From NCBI GenBank assembly GCA_964473285.1, contig CAYYOI010000002.1:1-62277 (forward strand): 62,277 bases of DNA, read 5' to 3'. Positions 53,900 through 62,277 of this stretch are shown here, piece after piece. How positions within the stretch are numbered: the stretch's first letter is position 1; each line of letters begins with the position of its first letter. The notes below the pieces were generated by a model. That model was not told the DNA's origin. It worked only from the letters and a program-made list of their open reading frames with translations, and did not search any database. This DNA comes from an uncultured Methanosarcinales archaeon. GTDB lineage: Archaea > Nanobdellota > Nanobdellia > Woesearchaeales > JACJVW01. A program made the translations under genes and the position numbers.

Positions 53900-54850
53900 A
53901 TGCATAACAACATGCTAGTACCCTTACTTAAAAAAGGAGACACCATTGGTATAGTATCACCTTCCAATATCATGACAGACTACAAAAAAGAACTCCTGGA
54001 TAATACAACACAAGTCATAGAAAAGATGGGTCTGAAGATAAGGTTGGGAGAACATGCCAGATCCATAGATAAGTATGGTGTTTCTGCTGGTGAGCCAAAA
54101 GAGCGGGCTTCAGACATAAACCAAATGTTTCTTGATCCATCTATAAAAGCAATCTGGTGTGCACAAGGAGGAGATACAGCTAACCAGGTGCTTGAGTTGC
54201 TTGATTATGAGACAATTACAAATAATCCAAAGATATTCATCGGGCTTTCAGATAATACTACGTTACTTAATGGAATCTACAAAAAGACTGGGCTTGTTAC
54301 CTTTCATGGCCCTGATGCAAAGGCTGGTAAAACTAGTGAATATTTTGATTCAGAATATAGTCATGAGGAGTTCAAAAGAAGATTTATTAAAGGAAGCAAA
54401 AACATAGGAGAGCGTGATACTAAGATCATCAGACCTGGGAAGGCTAAAGGAATACTTCTTGGAGGGAATCTTAGGTGCCTTTTGAAACTGGCAGGTACAG
54501 GATATATGCCTGATTTTACAGGTGCAATATTGCTCTTGGAGGATTATAGCTCAAACATCAAATCAACACTCTTTCTACTGACGCAGATGCGGCAGATGGG
54601 AATATTTGATAAGATTTCAGGTGTCGTGACAGGACAGATCTATGGCATGGATACAGAAAAGCAATATGATGGGAAAGGCAATCGTATCTATTTTGAGGAG
54701 ATCCTTTTAGACATAACCTCTGATTATAATTTCCCTATACTTAAAGTAGATGCTTTCGGGCATAAATGCCCAAGCACATTCCTTCCCATAGGGGCAATGG
54801 CTGAGATGGATTCTGGATTTAGGTTAACCGGGTCTTTTCATAAAGCTTAA
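53900..54850 (+). CDS. LD-carboxypeptidase (peptidase S66, LdcA/MccF-like)
   Basis: GDTIGIVSPS, nucleophile motif IGLSDNTTLL, ..LEDY.., and FGHKCPSTFLPIG (catalytic His region). Confidence 0.75.
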   Translation: MHNNMLVPLLKKGDTIGIVSPSNIMTDYKKELLDNTTQVIEKMGLKIRLGEHARSIDKYGVSAGEPKERASDINQMFLDPSIKAIWCAQGGDTANQVLELLDYETITNNPKIFIGLSDNTTLLNGIYKKTGLVTFHGPDAKAGKTSEYFDSEYSHEEFKRRFIKGSKNIGERDTKIIRPGKAKGILLGGNLRCLLKLAGTGYMPDFTGAILLLEDYSSNIKSTLFLLTQMRQMGIFDKISGVVTGQIYGMDTEKQYDGKGNRIYFEEILLDITSDYNFPILKVDAFGHKCPSTFLPIGAMAEMDSGFRLTGSFHKA

Positions 54851-54875
54851 AAATACCAAAAAATACTTGCTTACC

Positions 54876-55706
54876 ATGAATCAAATAAGAACTGTATTAT
54901 TACTCGGTCTATTAAGCGGATTGTTGCTTCTAGTTGGCCAACTTGTAGGAGGGGCTTCAGGACTTACCATCGCACTGATATTGGCTGTAGCCATGAACTT
55001 TGGGAGTTACTGGTTCTCAGACAAAATTGTCCTTAAGATGTATAAGGCACAAAAAGTGGATGAGAAAACCCATCCTCAACTCTATAAAATGGTGCGTGAG
55101 GTGGCACACAGGGCAACCCTTCCCATGCCAAAAGTCTATGTAATACCAAGCCAAAACCCGAATGCCTTTGCTACTGGAAGGAATCTAAAACATGCGGCTG
55201 TGGCATTCACAAAGGGAATAATGGATCTATTGGACAAGGAAGAACTGAAAGGAGTGATTGCCCATGAGATGTCACATGTGCGAAACAGGGATATACTAAT
55301 CTCATCCATCGCTGCGACCCTTGCTGCGGTGATTTCCTATGTTGCAATGATGGCAAGATGGGCAGCAATATTTGGGGGTTTTCGAGATGATGACAATCCA
55401 CTGGAATTCATTGTCCTTGCATTAATGGCACCCATAATTGCTTTCCTGATCCAGATGGGGATTTCCAGAAGCAGGGAGTATCAGGCTGATGCAAGTGCAA
55501 AGCATATCCTGAACTCAGGTGAAGGGCTTGCACGAGCTCTTGGAAAACTGCATAATCAAAGCAAGAGGGTGCCCATGGATTTCGGATCAGAAAGCGGAGC
55601 AAGCCTTTTTATTGTAAATCCTTTCAAAGCAAGAAGTCTGATGAATCTTTTCAGCACACATCCTCCTATAGAAGAGCGAATCAGGCGCCTTCGTATGGCT
55701 CATTGA
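54876..55706 (+). CDS. htpX: protease HtpX (M48 zinc metalloprotease)
   Basis: HEMSHV zinc motif, 4 TM helices, C-terminal FSTHPPIEERI. ATG 54876 is preferred over track TTG 54867. Confidence 0.9.
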   Translation: MNQIRTVLLLGLLSGLLLLVGQLVGGASGLTIALILAVAMNFGSYWFSDKIVLKMYKAQKVDEKTHPQLYKMVREVAHRATLPMPKVYVIPSQNPNAFATGRNLKHAAVAFTKGIMDLLDKEELKGVIAHEMSHVRNRDILISSIAATLAAVISYVAMMARWAAIFGGFRDDDNPLEFIVLALMAPIIAFLIQMGISRSREYQADASAKHILNSGEGLARALGKLHNQSKRVPMDFGSESGASLFIVNPFKARSLMNLFSTHPPIEERIRRLRMAH

Positions 55707-57870
55707 AAAGGTCTGATATCTTCTTTGCTATAACAGGACCTACTTTGTTTACTTTCTTTAGTTCATCCTCGGAAGCATTGGCAATATTTCGGATGGTTGA
55801 GAAATAAGTAAGCAGATCTTTTGCAAGCAGGCCACCAACTCCAGGAAGGGAAGAGACGAGATGCTCCTGCTGCTCTTTGGTGGTTAGTGGTTTGCGGTCA
55901 GCTGAAGGTGTGAATTCATTGGATTCGGCCTGCTCACGTTTTGCGACTATGAAAAGGAGGTCTGCGGTCTCCTGGCTTGTCCTGGTGTAGAGAACAGGAA
56001 TTCCAAAACTTACAGTGATTGTTGCAAGCATGCCTTTGATTGCATTAGGATGGACATTCCTGAGTGAATAAAGATCCTGATTTCCTTCTACAATTATAAG
56101 AGGACGGGGGTAACTATTTTTCAAATCCTTGACCTGGGATAAAAGCCTTCCATCTACTATTGAATCCACAAAATCAGGAGCGGTCTTGTACTCTACTCCA
56201 ACTCTTTGTGAGAGGATGTAGTCTGCAATCTCCAGCTTTTCAAGCTGCATCTTTGTGCCGCTGTCAATCAGATTCTTGATCACTGGAGAGCCTTTCTCAC
56301 GGTAATCAGCAATTATATTTACATTGTCTTTTACATATTCAGCAAGGCTCTCCTGGGGCTTGAAATTCATGTTCTTTTTCAGATCTTTCAGGGCGCTGTA
56401 CATGCGCTTCTCCTTGTGCTTGGCAGACCAACGATAGGTTACATCTCTTGTGTTCTTTGCTATAAGAACATAGACAGCTCCTTTCTCCTGCCTGCCTGTC
56501 CTTCCCCTTCTCTGGACATGACGGATTACAGATGGAACAGGTTCAAAGAAGATTACCTGATCAACCTTTGGAATGTCAAGGCCTTCTTCTCCTACAGAGG
56601 TCATGACAATTGTATTGAATTTTCCTTCCCGGAAATCATCCAGCATCTCAATCTGTTTTTTTTGGGAGAGGCCGGTCCCTGCTTTTTTTTGCTGGCCTAC
56701 AAAAACCTGAGGTATGATCCCTTCCACTTCAGAGAGTGCATCAGATACTTGTTTTGCTGTGTCCCTATACTGGGTGAATACTATAAGCTTTGCTTTAGGG
56801 TTTTGCCGGAGAAGAGAAAGGGTCAGGTTCTTCAATTCAGCAAACTTGGGGTGTTCAATCCCATCCTCTATAAGGCTTTCCACAAGAATATAGGCAGACT
56901 TCCAGTTACCGTCACAGGCCAGATTCTGGACTGCTTTCACTTTTGTGGACCTTGCCTCTTTCATCACACGATCCATATAACTATAAAGGGATTTGACACC
57001 TTGGGATTCCAGGAGCTCGATTGCGTGATATATTTTCATGGCTTCTGCCACTAGAGAGAGGGATCTTAATATTGGGAAATCCTTGTTTCCCTGATTCATC
57101 TCACCTACCAATTGGCCCTGGACACCCAAGAGCTCTCTTTTTGATACGTTCTGGACAGAGTTAATAAAGCCATTTTCCTTTATGAGTGAGAGCTTATCTT
57201 TTAGAGCGGCCTCAAGGTATAGCTTGCAATCAAGAAATCTTTTGGGAAGGTCCACCTCTCGATATGATATGTCAATCTCCTGGACATATGGTTTCACATC
57301 CTCATCATCATATGTGCGAATCTCAATATCCTCGATATGAAGGTTTTCACAGACCTCTTTTATCTTCTCCTGATCTCCACCTGGAGAGGCAGTCAGTGCA
57401 AGAATACGGGGGTAACGGGCAGTACGGGAGTACATCTTTGCAATCCAGACATAAGAATAATCTCCCACTGCACGATGAGCTTCATCAACTCCAAGCAAAG
57501 AGACATCCTTGAGATCGATGCGACTGGAGATTATGTCATTTTCCAGCCCCTGTGGTGTACTGAAGATGATATTTGCTTCCTGCCAGGATTCTGAACGCTT
57601 TTTAGGAGAAATATTACCTGTGAATATAGCCATCTTTTCTTCAAGTATGTCAAAATTCTCTTTGAAAACATCATAATACTGGTGAATCAGGGGCCTGGTA
57701 GGGCCTATAAAAAGGATTTTTGATCCAGGGTGCTGCCTGAGGCGCTGGGCTGCCACCATGAGAAAAATATTGGTCTTTCCAAGACCTGTTGGAAGGACTA
57801 CCAAGGTGTTTTTTAAAGCGCAGGTAGAAAAGATGGTCTCCTGGTAGAGACGAGGGGTGAAATTGATCAT
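55681..57870 (-). CDS. hef: Hef (FANCM/XPF-family helicase-nuclease)
   Basis: N-terminal SF2 helicase (PTGLGKT, DEAH, TASPG, QRRGRTGR); ERCC4 nuclease region (DYRE..ADYIL..VEYKTAPDFVDSIVDGRL, with ERK as EYK); C-terminal HhH2 (LPGVGGLLAKDLL..VNKVGPVIAKKI). Minus-strand tatataaa lies about 30 nt upstream. Confidence 0.88.
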   Translation of the reverse strand: MINFTPRLYQETIFSTCALKNTLVVLPTGLGKTNIFLMVAAQRLRQHPGSKILFIGPTRPLIHQYYDVFKENFDILEEKMAIFTGNISPKKRSESWQEANIIFSTPQGLENDIISSRIDLKDVSLLGVDEAHRAVGDYSYVWIAKMYSRTARYPRILALTASPGGDQEKIKEVCENLHIEDIEIRTYDDEDVKPYVQEIDISYREVDLPKRFLDCKLYLEAALKDKLSLIKENGFINSVQNVSKRELLGVQGQLVGEMNQGNKDFPILRSLSLVAEAMKIYHAIELLESQGVKSLYSYMDRVMKEARSTKVKAVQNLACDGNWKSAYILVESLIEDGIEHPKFAELKNLTLSLLRQNPKAKLIVFTQYRDTAKQVSDALSEVEGIIPQVFVGQQKKAGTGLSQKKQIEMLDDFREGKFNTIVMTSVGEEGLDIPKVDQVIFFEPVPSVIRHVQRRGRTGRQEKGAVYVLIAKNTRDVTYRWSAKHKEKRMYSALKDLKKNMNFKPQESLAEYVKDNVNIIADYREKGSPVIKNLIDSGTKMQLEKLEIADYILSQRVGVEYKTAPDFVDSIVDGRLLSQVKDLKNSYPRPLIIVEGNQDLYSLRNVHPNAIKGMLATITVSFGIPVLYTRTSQETADLLFIVAKREQAESNEFTPSADRKPLTTKEQQEHLVSSLPGVGGLLAKDLLTYFSTIRNIANASEDELKKVNKVGPVIAKKISDLFNEPYEGA

Positions 57871-57980
57871 TTGATGCAGGATGTATCTTTTTTTTATATA
57901 GGTTGCGTGTCAATGTCCTATGGGAAAAAGCTATAAAAAAGGAGGATAAGGGAGACATACTACTGGAAAGTTACGAAAAG

Positions 57981-57989
57981 TTTTATAAA
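57981..57989 (+). promoter_or_regulatory. putative TATA box for macrodomain gene
   Basis: ttttataaa about 30 nt upstream of ATG 58013. Confidence 0.4.
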
Positions 57990-58012
57990 GAGAGAGGCCT
58001 TCTTTGGGGAGC

Positions 58013-58507
58013 ATGAAGATTAATGAGAAGGATTATATTGTTGAAACCGATGCAGAAGCCATAGCACACGGATGTAATGCTAAGGGCGTCATGGGAAAGG
58101 GGGCTGCATTTGGGATAAGTCGTTTCTACAGTATTGATATGTACCTAGATTATAAAAATAAATGTGAATTAGGATTCTTCAAACCAGGAGGGGTTTATTC
58201 CTATGAGGAATCAGGAAAACCAATACTTTACAATCTTGGAATCCAGAATAAGCCAGGTAAAAATGCAAAGATGCATCATATATCTGGCTGTCTGGAAAAA
58301 CTTGCAAAAAATATGGAAGAGAAAGGGATCTCATTTCTTGCAATAACACCTTTGGGGTGTCATAATGGTGGCCTTAATATGGAAGAAGTGCTTGATAGTA
58401 TAGGATACCATCTTTCAGGTTTTGATGTTACTGTATATACTGCTAAAGACCAGATACCATTGAATCTTCCTGAAACCCCGCATAATGTAATCAGAGTCTT
58501 CTTCTAG
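58013..58507 (+). CDS. macrodomain protein (ADP-ribose binding/hydrolase fold)
   Basis: DAEAIAHGCNAKGVMGKGAAFGI (N..GxGxG loop) and ITPLGCHNGGLNMEEV (second Gly-rich loop). ATG 58013 is preferred over track TTG 58004. Confidence 0.65.
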   Translation: MKINEKDYIVETDAEAIAHGCNAKGVMGKGAAFGISRFYSIDMYLDYKNKCELGFFKPGGVYSYEESGKPILYNLGIQNKPGKNAKMHHISGCLEKLAKNMEEKGISFLAITPLGCHNGGLNMEEVLDSIGYHLSGFDVTVYTAKDQIPLNLPETPHNVIRVFF

Positions 58508-60896
58508 CCATGCCATGCCATTTTGCTGCATATGCTTCATTTATCTCCTGCTGATATGCTGTAGCATAATCATCTATTGAAAAGACTCTTGCTGGCAAAT
58601 CTTGCACAAGCTCTTTTATATGGGGTAGCATCTTGTTGAAACAAAAGATCTTGTTTATATAAGATACTGGGATAGGCTTATCTATTACTAAATCCCGTGT
58701 AAGTTTATTCTGATGAATCAGCTGTTCTTCAGAAGCCAATATCCCTCCTAACAGTATGCGGTTCCACATGATCTTTTGATATAAGGAAGGCAAAAGCTCA
58801 ATCACAATGCTATCTTTTGTAGCATAATTTGATATGAGGGTATAGAAGTTTTCCTTTGCATTAAAAGGGGGGGGAGCGCCAAGAAAAGTAAGCCATTTCA
58901 TCTCCCTTTTGAAAAATTTTGTGCGGACCCCATGGAAATCATGAGGTTTTGATTCGATCCTTCTTAAGTCTGTCTCTTTCATTTCCTTTATCCTGGATGC
59001 AATCTCTTCTTTTTTTTGATTATACAAAGGATCCTTTGGGTTGAGGGATTGGATCTTTTTGTTATATGCCTTCAGAAGTAAAGGGGATAGAAAGCCATTA
59101 TCAAGAATAAGCCTGAAAGAATCAAATGATGTCAAATGATAATAGCAAAGAGGTATATTTCCCTCGAGAATGGCCTGGATCTCATTAAGGTTCAACCTTA
59201 CACCAAAACTTCTTAGGAAAACCTCTTCTGAAGAGTCTTTCAGATGATCGAGGGAGATATGAGTGTGTTTCTTTTGTTTTTCTGTTTCTTCTTTCATCTT
59301 CTGCAAGATATCTTCTTTTGGAGGGAATTCTATGATTTTCCCTTGTACTGAAAAAAAGTGATCGAAAGTGATATTAGTAATCCTGGTCAAAAGCTTAGGA
59401 TATATTTTTGATTCCTGCTTTCCCAACCTGAAAACCTCAAGCAATGACTTGTACAGGAACTCGTTTTTCAGGAATAGGCTCATCCTGGGAAGGATACATT
59501 CAGTAAACAGGTTCCCATTACTCCTGAAATGATCCTTTCCGCAAATCCGGATAAGATCAATTATATCCCTTAACCCATATTTAATGATCAAAGGAAGAAT
59601 CCTTTCTAGCTTTTGCATGATAAAAACAAAATTTGAGGAGGTAACCAATTTGAGATTATTAAGTTCATTAAGGCCTCTCTTTAGGATGAAAGGTTCAAAG
59701 CTCACTAATAATTTTATGGTCTTGACCCTGTCCTTGTTGAAACCAATTATTTGGAAGACCTCATCCCAATGTTTTACGCAATAGAGCATAAGTCGCTGAT
59801 GGCCGAAAGGCAAATATTCCTGAAATATCATGTGTATGACAAATTTCTTCTCATCATAAGAGGAATCCGGAAAGGCCAAGGATATGATGCGACTATATTC
59901 AAGGGAGATTGCCTGAATCTTTTCCAGCTCAGAAGCACCAATCTTTACTTTTCCTGACAAAAAAGCACCATTCTTCTTGACTGCATAAATGTCTGCTTCA
60001 GTGATGATCTTTAGGAGGTGAAAGTATACTTTGTGCTTAAGGTTAGAAATAAGGTGTTCTATATATTGACCCTTATCTTTTGTATCTATCTTAAAAACAA
60101 GGTCACCAAGGACATCATGGTAATATACAAGTTTTGAGACTATGTCAATAATATAATCAGGGTATCCCATCTCTTCCATGCGTGACTTGCATATCAGGGC
60201 TGAATTCACAGGGTGCTTTGGATCATTAGTCTTAGGCCTCTTATGCTTATTCCCTCCCTGTTTTCCAATATCATGAAACAGAATTGCCAAAGACACTATT
60301 TTCCTGTATGTTGCATGCAAGTTAAGAAATTCATTTTTCTGCTGAAGATAAGATAAAGCAATAAAGGTATGCTCATCAATCCTAAAAGAATGAGTCCTGT
60401 GAGGCCACCCTGTTTCATCACTTCTTAGTCTTTTCCATTCTGGTATGAAACCATCAAATACACCTAAACTGCTGAGGGTTCTTATCTCACTTATCTTATT
60501 ATAGGAATTCTCGATAATTGACTTAAATTCTTCTAATGTTATTTCAGGCTTATTCTTGAAGTATCTGCACTCAAAAACAGCGTCAGGATTTCTTTCCCTC
60601 TCTTCTACTGCTTTTGGAGCCACACCTGCAATCCCTTTTATATTGCCTTCGATAAATCTTATATTCTCCACATTATTATCTTTTGGATTATAATTCAGAA
60701 TATGATCAATAAACTTGAGAACCAATTCCTCATAATTGTTCCTGATACCCATACCCCATAATTCATCAAATACTTCTTTTGCTTCTTTCTTAAAGGATTC
60801 AACATCCTTATTTATCCCCCAGAATTTCTTGTGACGCGAGAAAGAATCAGTCAAATTATTTACCAGTTCTTCATATCTTTTCTTGTCGTATCTCAT
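58491..60896 (-). CDS. HD-domain protein with C-terminal DarT/PARP-like ADP-ribosyltransferase-like region (tentative)
   Basis: HD motifs HRTHSFRIDEH, LAILFHDIGKQ and YYHDVLGD (GlnD-type). C-terminal 596-790: CYYHLTSFDSFRLILDNGFLSP, DFHGVRTKFF, ENFYTLIS, ASEEQLIH. ATG 60896 abuts the upstream stop; the track start is 60941. Confidence 0.5.
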   Translation of the reverse strand: MRYDKKRYEELVNNLTDSFSRHKKFWGINKDVESFKKEAKEVFDELWGMGIRNNYEELVLKFIDHILNYNPKDNNVENIRFIEGNIKGIAGVAPKAVEERERNPDAVFECRYFKNKPEITLEEFKSIIENSYNKISEIRTLSSLGVFDGFIPEWKRLRSDETGWPHRTHSFRIDEHTFIALSYLQQKNEFLNLHATYRKIVSLAILFHDIGKQGGNKHKRPKTNDPKHPVNSALICKSRMEEMGYPDYIIDIVSKLVYYHDVLGDLVFKIDTKDKGQYIEHLISNLKHKVYFHLLKIITEADIYAVKKNGAFLSGKVKIGASELEKIQAISLEYSRIISLAFPDSSYDEKKFVIHMIFQEYLPFGHQRLMLYCVKHWDEVFQIIGFNKDRVKTIKLLVSFEPFILKRGLNELNNLKLVTSSNFVFIMQKLERILPLIIKYGLRDIIDLIRICGKDHFRSNGNLFTECILPRMSLFLKNEFLYKSLLEVFRLGKQESKIYPKLLTRITNITFDHFFSVQGKIIEFPPKEDILQKMKEETEKQKKHTHISLDHLKDSSEEVFLRSFGVRLNLNEIQAILEGNIPLCYYHLTSFDSFRLILDNGFLSPLLLKAYNKKIQSLNPKDPLYNQKKEEIASRIKEMKETDLRRIESKPHDFHGVRTKFFKREMKWLTFLGAPPPFNAKENFYTLISNYATKDSIVIELLPSLYQKIMWNRILLGGILASEEQLIHQNKLTRDLVIDKPIPVSYINKIFCFNKMLPHIKELVQDLPARVFSIDDYATAYQQEINEAYAAKWHGMARRRL

Positions 60897-60897
60897 C

Positions 60898-61455
60898 TTA
60901 ATAGTCGTGACCTGGGCACAGGATTGCATTAGAATAGGCATTCAGTTTTTTTATAGACTCCTGCATCGCTTTTACATCAGAGGTTGGAAGATCTGTCCTT
61001 CCAAGTATCCCTTTTCCAAAAAGGGTATCACCAGAGAAGAGAATGTTTTTTGTCTTGTGGTAATAGCAAACACTACCACGAGTATGGCCAGGGGTTGGGA
61101 TGACTATGATGTCACCCATATCAGAAACAGGAAACAATTTCTTTTGCTGCAGCATATCAATCTCAGGGTTCCTGAATACTGAATAAAAAGGATTTTTCTG
61201 GAAGTCTTCAATTGCCTCTTTTGAGGCATGGATTGTTGCTTGAGGGAATGCATCCAATGCCCCAAGATGATCATAGTGCAGATGGGTGAGAAGTATGTGT
61301 TTAATCTTGTCTTTATCAATTATCTGACTTATCTTGCGCAGTAGTTCTTCCTTTTCTTCGCGGACTCCTGCATCTATCATTTTTGGCTCTTCATCTATGA
61401 TAAGATAAGCATTTGATTGGCCTGAAAATTTGTATATGTTTTTTGTTATCTCCAT
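60898..61455 (-). CDS. MBL-fold metallo-hydrolase
   Basis: LLTHLHYDHLG (HxHxDH), TPGHTRGS, CPGHD. Confidence 0.85.
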   Translation of the reverse strand: MEITKNIYKFSGQSNAYLIIDEEPKMIDAGVREEKEELLRKISQIIDKDKIKHILLTHLHYDHLGALDAFPQATIHASKEAIEDFQKNPFYSVFRNPEIDMLQQKKLFPVSDMGDIIVIPTPGHTRGSVCYYHKTKNILFSGDTLFGKGILGRTDLPTSDVKAMQESIKKLNAYSNAILCPGHDY

Positions 61456-61458
61456 TTT

Positions 61459-62178
61459 TCATTCGAAATACATGTAGTAGAGTAGCCATACTGCAATTGC
61501 GCCGGTGAGGGCTATAAGATAAGAGTATACATCAAAATATGCAAGGATTGCGTAAAGGATTATGAAACTTGTTACAAACATGTAGATCAGCCTTGAATCA
61601 TACATGACCTTGCTTCCATCAAGGGGTGGAATGGGAAGCATGCTATATGCGGCAAATGCCAGGTTGAAAAGAAAAATCTTATCCACAACCAAAGAAGGAA
61701 GAAAACCAATCATACCTAGCGATTTTACACCTGTTGCAAAAAGGACATTGAACAAGGGTCCTGCTGCTGATACAAGAGCAAGTGTCCTTATGTTTGTACC
61801 ATAACGGAACTCACCAAGACGTTGTATCTTCATATGATGAAGGATTATCCCCCCTGGAATCAAGATCCAGACAGTACCACCACTCAGAAGGGTGATTGCC
61901 AGACTGACGATAATACCATACCACCAGAGCTTGTACTCTACCCGAAAACCATAGTGTATGCCTACTAAGCGATAACCTGCCTGCTTTACCAGAACAGAAA
62001 CCACTACGATTGCAGTCATCAGGAACAGGTTAGAAAGCCATGGGCCTAACTGAAACTCAGGGCGCCCGTCATTGAGAGCGACAATTATTACCAGGAAAAG
62101 GATTGTCAATAATATGGCTCTTACTTCTGCTGGATTGAAGATTCCGTATCGCTTTAGGTTCTCAAGAAAATTGTTCAT
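61459..62178 (-). CDS. M50 (site-2 protease)-like membrane protein with degenerate active site
   Basis: Multi-TM protein. NLAFAAYSMLPIPPLDGSKV matches the M50 NxxPxxPLDG motif, but the HExxH position reads VKQAGYRLV. Minus-strand tatttaaag lies about 27 nt upstream of the ATG. Confidence 0.6.
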   Translation of the reverse strand: MNNFLENLKRYGIFNPAEVRAILLTILFLVIIVALNDGRPEFQLGPWLSNLFLMTAIVVVSVLVKQAGYRLVGIHYGFRVEYKLWWYGIIVSLAITLLSGGTVWILIPGGIILHHMKIQRLGEFRYGTNIRTLALVSAAGPLFNVLFATGVKSLGMIGFLPSLVVDKIFLFNLAFAAYSMLPIPPLDGSKVMYDSRLIYMFVTSFIILYAILAYFDVYSYLIALTGAIAVWLLYYMYFE

Positions 62179-62277
62179 TAAGGGTTTTCTGGGTTGTTTG
62201 CTTTAAATAATTTATGGCTGTGGGGGTGTGTAGATATCCTTTCAACATTATGATTTCTAGCTGATCATAACCATTTT

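Noticed and set aside
55681-57870. Hef nuclease motif deviations (GDY as ADY, ERK as EYK), considered as evidence of an inactive nuclease.
   Set aside because: The acidic residues and the Lys of the ERCC4 signature are retained. The substitutions are at positions I cannot show to be essential without an alignment.

Overview
AT-rich, very tightly packed archaeal chromosome segment. Evidence for archaeal origin: eL19, eL32 and eS4 genes, aSUI1 and the RNase P protein Rpp29 inside the ribosomal operon, archaeal primase, Hef, TATA boxes about 25-30 nt upstream of start codons. A reduced DPANN-like lineage is my inference only. Contents in order: orphan 5S rRNA; an archaellin-like pilin; truncated NFACT protein; UDP-GlcNAc cluster (glmS, glmU-like, glmM); two wHTH genes flanked by a GGACA/ATGTCC repeat system and a (GA)13 microsatellite; Fap7; ABC transporter; Ski2/Mtr4-like helicase; circularly permuted GTPase. 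Next comes an ~11.3 kb operon of 18 same-strand ORFs (16119-27414) behind an Lrp/AsnC regulator. It encodes almost only proteins with class III (type IV prepilin-like) N-termini, including five Cys-rich mini-pilins, two micro-ORFs missing from the ORF track, and three bacterial-type murein-hydrolase-like domains (SLT, M15/LAS, Amidase_3-like). This operon is the best candidate for an undescribed surface or host-interaction system. After it: PhoU-like, kinase-like and TrmB genes; the canonical archaeal L3-to-L15/SecY/DUF106 ribosomal superoperon (32356-46369); a fused PriS-PriL(CTD) primase; pyrBI; csp plus a zinc-ribbon micro-ORF; LD-carboxypeptidase; HtpX; Hef. The window ends with a convergent, 3'-overlapping pair: a macrodomain gene and a large HD-domain protein whose C-terminus carries DarT-like ADP-ribosyltransferase motifs (candidate DarTG-like module). 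No tRNA, CRISPR array or transposase was recognised by eye. All domain calls are motif-level readings of the translated ORFs; no searches were run.
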